A stretch of DNA of 62,039 nt, the filler included. It is 8 parts of 8 records of this genome, joined end to end, with 100 filler letters (N's around TTAATTAATTAA, not from the genome) between each part and the next. Parts side by side here need not be neighbours in the genome. Positions count along the whole stretch, not along the records: positions 1 to 21,133 come from SRR15195285_314; 7 more parts are not named here. The stretch is one strand, 5' to 3'. Made by a program: the position numbers and the translations under genes. This document shows, piece after piece, positions 11,401-18,708 of the stretch. Each line of letters starts with the position of its first letter. The first letter of the stretch is position 1. The notes under the pieces were generated by a model. The model had not been told where the DNA came from. It was given only the letters and a program-made list of their open reading frames with translations, and searched no databases.

Positions 11401-14400
11401 TTGCACCTTTTTGACACGCTGATGCAGCAAGTTTGATTGCCATTACAGAGTCTAGGCCTGCCTCCAGCAGGTCTTCTTCTACTGAAACATCTTTTTCTAT
11501 AATTTCGCAGCACATCTTAAGTACCATAGTTTCTACCCATCCTATCGGACCGTCGTGTGCCTCATCAGATGCGGTCTCGTTCACAGTAGAGGCGGGCGGA
11601 GATTGAATCAACTCCAGCGCCTTGCTGTCAACCTTTCCATTCGCTGTCAACGGAATTGTGTCAACAAACAGAAACTGCGAAGGAACCATATACTCTGGTA
11701 GCGTGCGCTTCAGGAACATTTCCAGCGATGCACTATCAAGCGTGGCCCCATCAACAAGGATGACGTAGCCAACTAGCCTACGGCGCTTTTCACTCGACAC
11801 CGGTGCTGCAATCACAACCTTCTGCACTGCTGGATGTGCGGACACAGCAGCTTCGATTTCTCCCAACTCGATTCTGTAGCCGCCTACTTTGACTTGGAAA
11901 TCAAGGCGCCCGAGTATCTCAATATTCCCGTCCGGCAGCAATCGACCAAGGTCCCCTGTTTTGTAGACTCGTTCACAGGTTGCAAGAGTGATGAATCGCT
12001 CGCGTGTCAGCGTTTCGTTGAGCAAATAGCCTTGTGCAACACCAACTCCACCAATATGAATCTCACCGACAGACCAAATCGGGCGCGGCTCCAGCTGATC
12101 GCTGAGAACGCAGGTAGTCTGATTTTTCAACGCCTTCCCATATGGTATGCTGGTCCAGCTCGGATCGACGTTATCGATTTCATAAAAAATGGACCAAATC
12201 GACGCCTCTGTTGCACCACCCAAACTGATAATCTTAGCTGTTGGCAGCTGCTTTCGGATGCGACCTGGCAAAGTTAGCGGAATCCAGTCGCCGCTCATCA
12301 AGACCAATCTGAGTGTCTGTGGAAGATGCGTAGGACCCAGTCTGCCACCGGCAAACTCTACAATCATCTCCATTAAAGCAGGTACAGAATTCCACACCGT
12401 GACCCGATTTTTCAAGAGCTCCTCCAGTAAGTAGCCAGGGTCTCTAGAGGCACCTTTTCTTGGTATGACAATTGCTCCACCCACGCTTAGAGGTCCAAAG
12501 ATGTCGTACACCGAGAGATCGAAGCTAAGTTCTGACAGAGCTAGGATTCTGTCTGTAGACTGAACTGCAAATCGCTCATTGATGTCATCAACTGTGTTCA
12601 ATGCGCCTCGGTGATTTATCATCACGCCCTTCGGTGTGCCAGTCGAGCCTGATGTGAAAATCACATAAGCTGTGTCCAGTGGCGTGGAAGTCTCAAGCTG
12701 TGCAGGACACTCGGAAATTCCTGTGGTGTTGACATCTGATGAATCGTTGTCATCCTTGATCACAATTGCAGGATACTGCGAAGCAGCAGTAGAATGAGCC
12801 ACTAGCGCCTCAGGCTGTGCTACGACTCCGACCACCTGACCAAGTTCCAGTAGTTGAGAAACACGATCTCTCGGGAGAGACGCCTCTATTGGCAAGTACG
12901 CTGCTCCACACATCAGTATACCCAGTACAGCGACAACTTGTTCCCACCCCTTGCTCATGACAACTGCAACTAATCTGTTGGAGCCGCAGTGGGGGACCTG
13001 CCTCAGCTTGTTGGCAAGCGCTTTTGCTCTTGACAACAACTCGCTATATTGCAGAGATTTGCCTGGTGACAGAATAGCCACCGCATCTGGTGTCGCTTGT
13101 GCACACCGCAAAAATGACGACTGCAGTAGCTGGAACGACGAGAGTTTTGGAATCGGAACCTGCACGCCTACTCGCCGCCTTTGTGCTGAGCTCGTCTCCC
13201 AAGATTTCGCCAAAGTGAGTTTCTGGATCTCTGAGCAGTACTGCTCGAACATGTGGTCCAGCAATCCTTGAGGAAACAGTTGCTCAACAGCATCCCAACA
13301 TATCACCAAGCACCCTTCATTCTCATAGACCTGGTTATCAAGCCAGGCTTGGGATGTTTGCGATATGGAAAACTCGCACTTCCCTATCCATTCCATGCTA
13401 CCCAGGTCGAACTCTCCCAGCATAGATGTAAAAATTACCGGAAAGAGAGCTTCATCGCCAGTCGCACGCATTTTCTGCAGCTCACGTAGCACACGCATTC
13501 CCGTGTCTTCTTGGTGGTCAAGATCCGCCCACAGCTGCTGCTGTGTACTGTGAACCTCGTCGATGAACGGCCGAAGCGCATTCATGGTGCAATGCAGCAA
13601 CGTCATAGACGTAAAGTCGCCGACGATTCTGCTTGTTTCAGCTCGATGGCGCATGAACGTCAAAACGTTCAGTGTAAATTCTGACGACTCGCTGAAATGA
13701 GCCAACACGCCAGCGTATGCACAACACAGAACGCAAGCGGGGCTGATCCTCTTTGCCTGTGCAATTTCCTTGATGCCGATCCAGTCTTCTTTTTTCAACT
13801 CCCATCGCCGACGATTGAACCTAGGTGCTGACTGAAGGTACTCGTGTTGCAATGGAAGCTCCGGCCTAGGTGGAAGTGATGACAACCGTTTGGCCCAATA
13901 GGTCGACAGGGGCTCAGCGGAGCTGGAACGGCTGTGCTCAAGTGCAAATGTTCTGAACGACGTTTCCAACTCCGGCAGTGGACTGTCAATGTTGTCGTAG
14001 TACTCGCGCCATTCATCAAACATGATCATCAGGCTACGAGCATCTGCTATTATCAAATCAATGCCAAAATGAACAGACCCCGCTTTAAGTTTGCCGTTCT
14101 GACCTTCGCAGAGAACAGCGGTCACACCAAACAGTGGCCAACATGCCGCGTCAAAAATCTGGTGCGACATCTCCTCGCGTACAGCCATCTGCTGCTCTCT
14201 CAGCTGTTTATCATCGGCCACGAAGATTCTTGTGATGTTGAACGACGGAACTTCATGGAGTACAACCTGCTCACCGTCAGCTAGTACCACAGCGCGGAGC
14301 ATTTCGTGTCTGGCGATTACTTTGCGTAAAGCCTGCTCGAGCCGGCTCACAGAATGCAGATCACCAAATGGAAAGGTAAACTCGTAGTACTCATGTGTAG

Positions 14401-16432
14401 AAACATTGCCAAGTTGATAACTCGAATCGCGACCGACCCAATAGGCATGTTGGATTTCTGTCAATGGGAAGGGTTCAGCTGTGGCTGGTTGGTGGAGCGC
14501 AGCTTCAGGGTGTACAGTAGGCGTCAAGGTAGTTGCTAGCGAGCGAGAAGCCAATTCGAGCTGCCCAATCGAACTGCTTTCTAAAACCTGAGTCAGTGTA
14601 AATGGCACCATAGATTCGCGACCCAGCAGCACCGCACGGAAGCAGCAAACGGAGTCTGCGCCGAGGTCAAACACATTATCTGAACCTTCAACGTGTCCCA
14701 AATTGAGTACATCAGCCCAGATTGTGCAAAGAAGTTGGAGTCGTGCATTTTGTCGGCTGGTTGTGTCGGCGGCGTTGGGCCGTCTATTCCGACCAGTCGG
14801 TTGCGGACTGCTCAACTGCTCAACCAAACAGCGACGGTCCAGCTTACCGTTCGGCAACAACGGTAGATCTTGCAACGACAGGATTCGTGACGGCACCATG
14901 TAAGCTGGCAGCACGAGTTGCAGCGCTTCGCGGAGACTTTCTGCCGCAGTTTCCTCAACAGTGAATCCAGTCGCAGGCACCACACCGGCAACCAATGTCC
15001 CAAACCCTGTCATGGGATCTCGAGTTGTTGCTGCAGCGGCATTACCGACGCGCGGACTGGAGTGAATCAACGCAGCCTCAATTTCACCGAGCTCAATTCG
15101 AAAACCGTTGACTTTCACTTGTGCGTCCTTGCGTCCGAGGAAGACAACGCTCTGACCATCAGTGGCACGCCTTACAATGTCGCCAGTACGGAAAGCACGA
15201 TGGCCATAAAGCTGTACGAAGCTACTTGCACTGAGTTCTGGCAAGTTCCAATACTCCCGAGCCACACCAACTCCACTGATGTACAGCTCTCCAGATTCTC
15301 CGGTGGCAACGGGCTGCATCTGGTCGTCAAGGACATGCAGTTCAGTAAAGTCAAACGCTGCGCCAATGGGAACCCCGTCTGCCTTTTCACATCTAGGCAT
15401 GTCCACCAGCTCGGCGGAGCACCAGATCGTTGCTTCGGTCGGGCCGTACAGATTCCACACCTTCGTCTCAATGTTCTCTGTCAGCTTGCGTGCTAACCAT
15501 ATCGGCATGCTTTCGCCCCCACAAAGCACCTGAAATCCAGTCGGCGCTTGCCAGCCAGTCTGTATTAGCATGGACCATGTAGTAGGCGTGGCTTGCATCA
15601 TGGTCGCCTGTGAACTTTTCAACAATGCAATTAGTCGCACCGGGTCTGCAGCTACATCTCGCGAACAAACCTGCACGCGAGCGCCCGCACAAAGGGGCAA
15701 CAGCAGCTCTAGCACGGAAATATCGAAGGAGATTGTGGAAACCGCTAACATGGTATCGTTCGCGTGTATCCCAATGCGGTCCGCCATTGTGGTCAGAACG
15801 TTTGTTACACTTTCGTGCTCGACAACAACACCCTTTTGTCTCCCAGTGCTTCCAGAGGTGTACGTCACATAGCAAACATCGTGCGGACAGACACGGCTAG
15901 TCGATACATCTGGCGAGAGTGGCCTCTCCAGTTTTGACACAGGTGAGTGGAGACGATCAATGCACACCACTTTTGCACCGGCAAGCAGCTGCGAATCTAA
16001 CAGCTCCGAGTGGGACACGAAGGCCGCTACCCGTGCGTCTTTGGCAATGGCCGATAGTCGTTCGAGTGGAAAGTTGGTGTCCATAGGCACGAAGGCTGCC
16101 CCGGATTCAAGGATGCCAAGCAACGCTGGCACCAAGTCGACTGATCGAGGCATGAACAGCCCTACCCATGGCTGCCCACCGTCTGTGCCACAGCGCTGTG
16201 GCAACCGGAGTTCATGAAGAGCAGCAGCAACCGACGCAACCCTCGCCACCAGCTGCCCATAAGTGAGTGCGCAGTCATCGTCCACAACAGCGACGCGCTC
16301 AGGGCTTACCCCCCCCCTGTCCGGCGTCTCCCATGCTCGAGTCGCGTGGATCTTCTCTAGCACAGTCCGCGAAGCTGATGAGGGCGAACCATGATGAGGT
16401 CCCATCGTATCGTCCATTTCCTGCTTGTCCAT
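2471..16432 (-). CDS. Multimodular heterocyclizing NRPS: A-T-Cy-A-T-Cy-T-Cy-T-Cy-A(Ox)-T-T-TE; about 4615 aa after removing one in-frame intron (10237-10350)
   Basis: 4653-aa ORF with three A domains (YTSGSTG/FTSGSTG/FTSGTTG, TGD, NGK motifs), four Cy domains (DxxxxDxxS, PVxFTS, SQTxxxxxD), carrier motifs GADS, GLDS, GGDS, GGDS, a degenerate LTES and GGDS, and a TE with GWSFG. Confidence 0.97.
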   Translation of the reverse strand: MDKQEMDDTMGPHHGSPSSASRTVLEKIHATRAWETPDRGGVSPERVAVVDDDCALTYGQLVARVASVAAALHELRLPQRCGTDGGQPWVGLFMPRSVDLVPALLGILESGAAFVPMDTNFPLERLSAIAKDARVAAFVSHSELLDSQLLAGAKVVCIDRLHSPVSKLERPLSPDVSTSRVCPHDVCYVTYTSGSTGRQKGVVVEHESVTNVLTTMADRIGIHANDTMLAVSTISFDISVLELLLPLCAGARVQVCSRDVAADPVRLIALLKSSQATMMQATPTTWSMLIQTGWQAPTGFQVLCGGESMPIWLARKLTENIETKVWNLYGPTEATIWCSAELVDMPRCEKADGVPIGAAFDFTELHVLDDQMQPVATGESGELYISGVGVAREYWNLPELSASSFVQLYGHRAFRTGDIVRRATDGQSVVFLGRKDAQVKVNGFRIELGEIEAALIHSSPRVGNAAAATTRDPMTGFGTLVAGVVPATGFTVEETAAESLREALQLVLPAYMVPSRILSLQDLPLLPNGKLDRRCLVEQLSSPQPTGRNRRPNAADTTSRQNARLQLLCTIWADVLNLGHVEGSDNVFDLGADSVCCFRAVLLGRESMVPFTLTQVLESSSIGQLELASRSLATTLTPTVHPEAALHQPATAEPFPLTEIQHAYWVGRDSSYQLGNVSTHEYYEFTFPFGDLHSVSRLEQALRKVIARHEMLRAVVLADGEQVVLHEVPSFNITRIFVADDKQLREQQMAVREEMSHQIFDAACWPLFGVTAVLCEGQNGKLKAGSVHFGIDLIIADARSLMIMFDEWREYYDNIDSPLPELETSFRTFALEHSRSSSAEPLSTYWAKRLSSLPPRPELPLQHEYLQSAPRFNRRRWELKKEDWIGIKEIAQAKRISPACVLCCAYAGVLAHFSESSEFTLNVLTFMRHRAETSRIVGDFTSMTLLHCTMNALRPFIDEVHSTQQQLWADLDHQEDTGMRVLRELQKMRATGDEALFPVIFTSMLGEFDLGSMEWIGKCEFSISQTSQAWLDNQVYENEGCLVICWDAVEQLFPQGLLDHMFEQYCSEIQKLTLAKSWETSSAQRRRVGVQVPIPKLSSFQLLQSSFLRCAQATPDAVAILSPGKSLQYSELLSRAKALANKLRQVPHCGSNRLVAVVMSKGWEQVVAVLGILMCGAAYLPIEASLPRDRVSQLLELGQVVGVVAQPEALVAHSTAASQYPAIVIKDDNDSSDVNTTGISECPAQLETSTPLDTAYVIFTSGSTGTPKGVMINHRGALNTVDDINERFAVQSTDRILALSELSFDLSVYDIFGPLSVGGAIVIPRKGASRDPGYLLEELLKNRVTVWNSVPALMEMIVEFAGGRLGPTHLPQTLRLVLMSGDWIPLTLPGRIRKQLPTAKIISLGGATEASIWSIFYEIDNVDPSWTSIPYGKALKNQTTCVLSDQLEPRPIWSVGEIHIGGVGVAQGYLLNETLTRERFITLATCERVYKTGDLGRLLPDGNIEILGRLDFQVKVGGYRIELGEIEAAVSAHPAVQKVVIAAPVSSEKRRRLVGYVILVDGATLDSASLEMFLKRTLPEYMVPSQFLFVDTIPLTANGKVDSKALELIQSPPASTVNETASDEAHDGPIGWVETMVLKMCCEIIEKDVSVEEDLLEAGLDSVMAIKLAASACQKGARFSLRQVLQQRSVRKICNCVRGSVAEEFRIHESVDIPDISSSYPGRTDPMAPFDLTDIQQAYLIGRSDAFDLGDVAAHTYKEFSNTSFDVEKLQLSLNQMISRHAALRLVFDSATLTQRVLPPQETTYQIPVIVSADDPRAWEAAKLEIRSEMSHQVMPPDRWPLFDIRVLQLEQREARMFLSIDLLILDARSVNFFFQEWHQLYERLAADDRATAPISPSEAFDFDDYVLSVVSLHREGRFSKSRDYWLRRMSSLPHGPVLPDNPLAALSPKTDSPRFVRHTASLSEEIWVGLQSSCRNRGLTASSAICASFLLVLAAWSESDSFCINVTIFNRLEVHRAVRNMFGDFTSTYSTYLTWLLIGFALVSCIILTVCSTNALATFLLSGAGTVLLEKPNGKAGSFLKFCTAVQGQMWEDLQHRHMSGIEVLRNLGMARGQGGVMIPVVFTSALEFDSDAMKWLGTYDYGVSQTPQVNLDCQVFRRGKTVVINFDVLVGVFPAGLIDQMQEMLIAHLESLSGSSISWDQSLAQSSAFAVDRSTYVYSNTSQAIQKPRTQLRATNSQETMAASSKNLLTGKLRTMWAELLPKCKAEHIVDSSNWFFLGGDSVTIIKGASYLAESGISVSLSDLFYNPVFGDLVDAILSKTAAVDSPEITEIVHNKGERYGKFGLTAIQKAYVVGRSGALSRSRVAAHDYTEFDGMKLDLDRLSEALRVVISRHDSMRTVLHEGDMSQQVLATVPRYQIREEDLSSLPPNEQDKCLHQTRTRMSHQIIDISSWPSWEICASKLSGETHRLHISIDLTFIDIQSMGMFFEEWRRAYAHCDLPHVPDFTFRDYIVAEHELRSTGAFHKSREYWLQRLHSLPPAPKLPIKQLSSSEMLSPAFHRIKSQIDAKTWSLLECEAQQLDVTPSVVLLSTFARIVGLWSADSAFSINCTIFDRMLPAANDVFGDFTETIILAVSDSNQPLTKLLKQVQMQLVDDLDHRFMGGVEVAQEMRRNTENGTAILPIVFTSALDFDSSCMQWLGREGFGVSQTPNVFLDCQVYRSNADVCLVWDYDTHMLDEDTVGVMFTAFDQTLRHLSQVWHDWLDVDAPPRPSESCQVQLKEFTKVASDATDSDSSNEPLRLRLLDAFATELQIPDLKLTDDFFHSGGDSVSALRIITMCREFASLTIDMIFTERNVANLTKQLHQTVPGTPTVQVDVYGYLPDTENVHAPFPLNEIQHAYWMGRLSTFQMGNNASHSYSEFEVASMDVTRLSQALNIIVQRHPMLRAVLDADGLQRILPPTEVTGYKVQERFTGEDAEEQNKVVVSTRAQMTAQQFSLEQWPLWDLRVTHLSSSVARLHFGIDLIIADARSIVLIFTELGTEYHALADPEYSAPPVDATFSFRDYVHAAARFRSSLSYIESEHYWATRLSSLPPAPPLPINKSPEELQKPEFCRRRMTLTVDQWQAFKRSAQGIGATPSVALCTAFADVLALWSACHHFVINTTVFNRLPFHPDVDTLVGDFTSTILLEIDYRESVGSFQNKAMTVQKQLSRDLQNVFFNGVLVQRALAKQRQSQKASQFPVVFTSTIFDDSTSFESLGRYVCGISQTPQVHFDCQVYETVDGLVIHWDTVDELFPTGMIGDMFKSFDALMSSLCEAAGENLQWIQQRCMVPPAQHRERQPTVTALPAEMLPKKMATTLSELKKTCITFAGRSLSCAQLLAAGNAIIQQCSSTTMSTGRESCIPVFMHKGWEQIVAVFAVLTMGCAYVPIDASLPADRVRAMVTQLPNYPRVIVLTQSALRDTCTDIIGSAASIFVVEERDNGAVEQEDVSTMTTLAQRIQPSDLAYIIFTSGTTGTPKGVEIEHVSVTNLVSHFVQSYAIDSHDRIIALSALWFDLSVFDVFAALTTGATLVIPDHTKLTDPAYLTELLISSRVTIWNSVPTTMEMLIVYLETNPHIRIDSLRLVILSGDRLAASLPERVAKVFPSARLIAAGGPTEDTVWAIKYETPLQLSPGGTTVPYGKAIPNMQAHVMSHDLCGNIVDDCPTWTTGGIYFSGIGVARGYLGDGSDPRFIMHPRLNVRLHRTGDIGRFLPGGDVEILGREDFQVKINGWRIEVEEVEAVLLHHSHVSQCAVVVQQTARSKRLVAFWTAALPPTVDAATSTVKQLGSTEAALFKIDQHNIRSFDEVSTPSIPLVSQSAEIAVPLSNARKSCRSFAGTAMPLAQLQVIMEAACSCLKPCATNKTQQVSVYVLVNTPMLTSGVDATARRFEIVPENGGKLQLVPMTSSSEELELSQSMATLLGGKENAFAANATALVSIFANAARSRKSLLIAGRIGHALMMAALDTDGSIGVCPLGGLNSQALQRALGLATSGQLLHALVLGPMASGNVSASRAAEASSTGGQAESNVEPGKTIGSIELASHVSSRLPRYMVPTAFHRVNALPLNLNGKIDRAKLMETIVDDGAAENTVGSDAQPLGAKSLSATERKIADVWRKVLHLPEVGISQTFDVLTESRNLFTRVILRRMVCDLMNRAGLTVEQSTVFECNTIAELAAAVDGLGKVRGDQAMKTFGTTSGASDVDGATFAPDQHAIEIQLLTIFCDALSLRSTAFLSTDDDFFLRGGDSLLAVAVTLQIRKKLKVDIPFTAIFNNRTVTAMATLLRKDRLADASIVVIQQGTEDDKVPLFLVHPALRTTLTYNRVVEKLGKDQTVYGLEDHRPLAQRCAYTSLEQMAAHYVNAISLLIPKNKPVLLGGWSFGAVLGFEIAQQLQENGYAVPLLIMLEVAPTSAIGWFPSQLPKTFEQLEDDTQIKHLMAVSMAVWYAFPTRSITGPCTVDAAMLASAESNDRRFHYMYQHLLEGLIPLEEGLVYLSQFVDDYVESEQLLLGYVPKRYSGEVVLFSGSDDTKSSADVHLEHFSENARPIEVIVNSDDLTATTSNHRGWAQFTQAGKLEVLLTPGNHDNLLLPPHVDTTSTLLANVLDCHVYKST
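2480..3400 (-). other. NRPS C-terminal type I thioesterase (approximate bounds)
   Basis: PLFLVHP, GGWSFG (3167-3183) and PGNH. Confidence 0.9.
4075..6330 (-). other. NRPS adenylation domain A3 (Cys-like variant pocket) with an oxidase-like (nitroreductase-fold) insertion at about 4290-4930
   Basis: FDLSVFD / WNSVP / VILSGD / AAGGPTEDTVWA. Between the A8 motif (QVKINGWRIE) and the A9 motif (LPRYMVP) lies an insert with RKSCRSF and AGRIGHALMMAA..GVCPLGG, resembling FMN-dependent Ox domains. Confidence 0.75.
6485..7760 (-). other. NRPS heterocyclization domain Cy4 (approximate bounds)
   Basis: PFPLNEIQHAYWMGR, RHPMLR, IDLIIADARS (7331-7360), PVVFTS, SQTPQVHFDCQ, WD. Confidence 0.9.
8155..9400 (-). 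other. NRPS heterocyclization domain Cy3, in a second A-less Cy-T module (approximate bounds)
   Basis: FGLTAIQKAYVVGR, IDLTFIDIQS (8978-9007), PIVFTS, SQTPNVFLDCQ, WD. Next domain is a T (FFHSGGDS, near 7937-7960). Confidence 0.88.
9860..11250 (-). other. NRPS heterocyclization domain Cy2, in an A-less Cy-T module, interrupted by an intron (approximate bounds)
   Basis: PFDLTDIQQAYLIGR, IDLLILDARS (10823-10852), PVVFTS, SQTPQVNLDCQ. Followed only by a linker and a T domain (FFLGGDS, 9581-9601). Confidence 0.9.
10237..10350 (-). other. 114-nt stop-free (3n) spliceosomal intron in the NRPS
   Basis: GTACGT donor, CTAAC branch-like motif and GCAG acceptor. Removal converts GDFTS[38 aa insertion]TVLLE to GDFTSTVLLE, matching GDFTSTILLE in Cy4. 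Confidence 0.9.
11615..13130 (-). other. NRPS adenylation domain A2, cysteine-type pocket (approximate bounds)
   Basis: FDLSVYD / VWNSVP / LVLMSGDW / SLGGATEASIWS give DLYNLSLIW(K), the canonical Cys code of thiazoline-forming modules. Confidence 0.88.
13220..14475 (-). other. NRPS heterocyclization domain Cy1 (approximate bounds)
   Basis: PFPLTEIQHAYWVGR, RHEMLR, IDLIIADARS (near 14033-14062), PVIFTS, SQTSQAWLDNQ, WD. Confidence 0.9.
14830..16310 (-). other. NRPS starter adenylation domain A1, glycine-type pocket (approximate bounds)
   Basis: FDISVLE / MMQATP / VLCGGE / NLYGPTEATIWC give DILQLGLIW(K) when aligned by eye to GrsA positions. This is the canonical Gly code. Confidence 0.8.
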
Positions 16433-16747
16433 TGTCTCTAGAGATCGCAGCTACCCGCCAGCACTCGTATCTGCTGACCAGATGCAGGCCCAGGCTGCAT
16501 TGTGTAAGCCGTATTCATGGTTTCATACGGCTCTATATTGTACTCTAGAGTATGTACCCCCGCCCTGCGCCATCGATCGGCGTACCGCCCGGCGCGTGCC
16601 GGCCGCGCTGTGGCCCGCCGCCGGCGCGATGGGTGTTGCATGAGTCCGCCTCTACTAGCATTATATAGTATTTAGTACTTAGTACATCCCGCGCCGCGCG
16701 CGTCGCGCGTCGCCCCGCGCAGCCGCACCGTCCGCTCCGGATCCGTC

Positions 16748-16796
16748 GCGTCAGCGCTCAGCCGCCGCGCGTCACCGTGGCGTCACCGTGGCGTCA
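16748..16796. promoter_or_regulatory. Cluster of four GCGTCA (TGACGC) motifs, three at 11-bp spacing, between the NRPS and the divergent Cys-rich gene
   Basis: GCGTCA at 16748, 16769, 16780 and 16791. A regulatory role is inferred, not shown. Confidence 0.35.
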
Positions 16797-17388
16797 TGCC
16801 GTCGACTACAGTAACACTCCGGGAAAGGTCTTTGATAAGCGGACTATCCATAACAATCATACTCTATAGTAGAGAATCTAGATAGTAGTCCTCATCAAGA
16901 ACATGACATGGACAATCGTTTTTGGTGACCACAAGTACGGATTGGTGTTACAATGCTATCCTTCCGCATACTATTATAGTAGGAATTACCCCGTGTGACC
17001 GTCCGACACTTCAGAGTACAGTAGGATCCTACTGGTACTGAATGCAATACTCTAGCTAGTACTGCGGGTAGGGACTGTGTGTACACACGTAAAGTGACAC
17101 TGGTATACTATTCATAGTAGTATTCGAATATGATGCAACAGTACTAGTAGGATTCCTGCATGGATTCCTCGAAATTCCTGCGCCGGCGCGAGAGGTGGGC
17201 ACGCACGGTCGGTCGGTCGCCGCGCGATACCCGCGCGCGCGGGCGTACCGCGCGTCGTCGCGACACCGACAGGCGGTACCCGCGTCCAGGTCGTGTACAC
17301 GCTGTGTCACGAGTGCAGCACCCGGCAGTTCTCGGGAGTGCTTTGGCCGGCGAACGCGAGACGCAGAGAAGTGTCTCGGGACATCAAG

Positions 17389-17856
17389 ATGCAAGAGTCC
17401 AGCGTCAAGAAACTAGCGTTGTGGATGATGCTTGCGCTTGTATCGGTATTTGCTGTGGTTGACGGCGCCCCGCTCGCGGGACCGCCACAGCCTGGGCAAG
17501 CCTGCTTCCCGACGCCATGGAACCACTCGGGATCGTTTTTCACATGGTACTCATGCGCCAAAGGTATGATGTGCGACGGACTTGCTCGCTCGCCAGGTTT
17601 GCCGGATGAGAGTGGTTCTGTGGAGATGCAGGCCAACGGATTTTGCTGCACGGTCAACGGCGGCTGCCACAAATGCTTTCACCCCGACGCGCACGGTCGC
17701 TGCTCGCAATCTGGATCCGGCCTACCCTGTAAGATGGGCCAGACGTGCAACGGTCAATGCGAAGATCCGTCGGCGTGTACTGGTTCGGGCTGCTACCGAG
17801 GAGCGGGCAGCTGTTACGTCGTGAAGGACACCCAGTGCTCGGGGTCTTGCACATGA
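17389..17856 (+). CDS. Small secreted cysteine-rich protein (155 aa, 16 Cys in the mature part)
   Basis: ATG at 17389 followed by a signal-like segment (KKLALWMMLALVSVFAVVDG/AP). A paralogous copy lies immediately downstream. Confidence 0.75.
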   Translation: MQESSVKKLALWMMLALVSVFAVVDGAPLAGPPQPGQACFPTPWNHSGSFFTWYSCAKGMMCDGLARSPGLPDESGSVEMQANGFCCTVNGGCHKCFHPDAHGRCSQSGSGLPCKMGQTCNGQCEDPSACTGSGCYRGAGSCYVVKDTQCSGSCT

Positions 17857-18104
17857 TGACGCTTGGTAGGCTCCACTTCAAGCGCAAGTCGGTAGCTTCG
17901 TGTTAGAGCTGCTGAGCGACAGCGCGATTGTGTGTATGTTCGGAACGACCGATGAGATGCTGCACGTGTACAATGTCACGTATTGATTGATCGCTTTGTG
18001 TTGCTCCTCCGGACGAGCTATGAAGCTGCATCCCCTCCTCTCCACCCTTCGGCAGCTTTCATAGATGAGCATGTCCGGCCACGGTAACTTTGTGTGGTGG
18101 ATGA

Positions 18105-18487
18105 TGGCGCGCTGCGGACCCACAACACGGGCAGGCCTGCTCCCCGATGTCATGGAACCACACGGGATCGTACTTCACCTGGTTCTCATGCGCCAAACAC
18201 ATGATGTGCGACGGAGTTGCTCGGTCGCCAAGTGTACCGGACGAGCATGGGCAAGTGGAAACGCATGCCGATGGATTGTGCTGCACAGTCAATGGCGGCT
18301 GCCACAAGTGCTCTCAACGTGCACAGGCGCTGCGCCTAGTGTGGATCTGGTCTGCCATCCAAGATGGACCAAACATGCAGCGGTCAGTGTGAAGACCCAT
18401 CCGCCTGCACCCCCCGTGCAGGCAGCTACCGAGGATCGGGTAGCTGCTTCGTTATAAAGACACGGAGTACTCGGGGTCTTGCATTGA
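18105..18487 (+). pseudogene. Degenerate tandem copy of the Cys-rich protein gene
   Basis: WNHTGSYFTWFSCAKHMMCDG..CCTVNGGCHKC matches the upstream gene. Small deletions after HKC shift the frame (stop at 18392). Nucleotide similarity continues to CTCGGGGTCTTGCA-TGA at 18487. No signal peptide or ATG is seen. Confidence 0.75.
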
Positions 18488-18708
18488 CACCGCATGAACG
18501 TCACGCACCAGGCCACCGATACTGAACACAAAAGTCCTCAAGACAGGCGCAAACTGTGGATGAACCCGAAGGATAGACAGGGTGGTGTGCACGTATTCGA
18601 ATGAATGCAAAGCGATGTCATTATTGGCGTGATTACTTTGCGCATCGCACGACGTTTGCTTGGCCACCTGGCACAGATGCCCACAGATGCCGACCTGTAC
18701 AAATCTTT

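Noticed and set aside
2471-16432. Bacterial contaminant or ordinary yersiniabactin/pyochelin synthetase
   Set aside because: It has a spliceosomal-type intron, an intron-containing neighbour and a Gly-type starter. It has no aryl carrier, MT or PKS domains and no operon-like siderophore genes.
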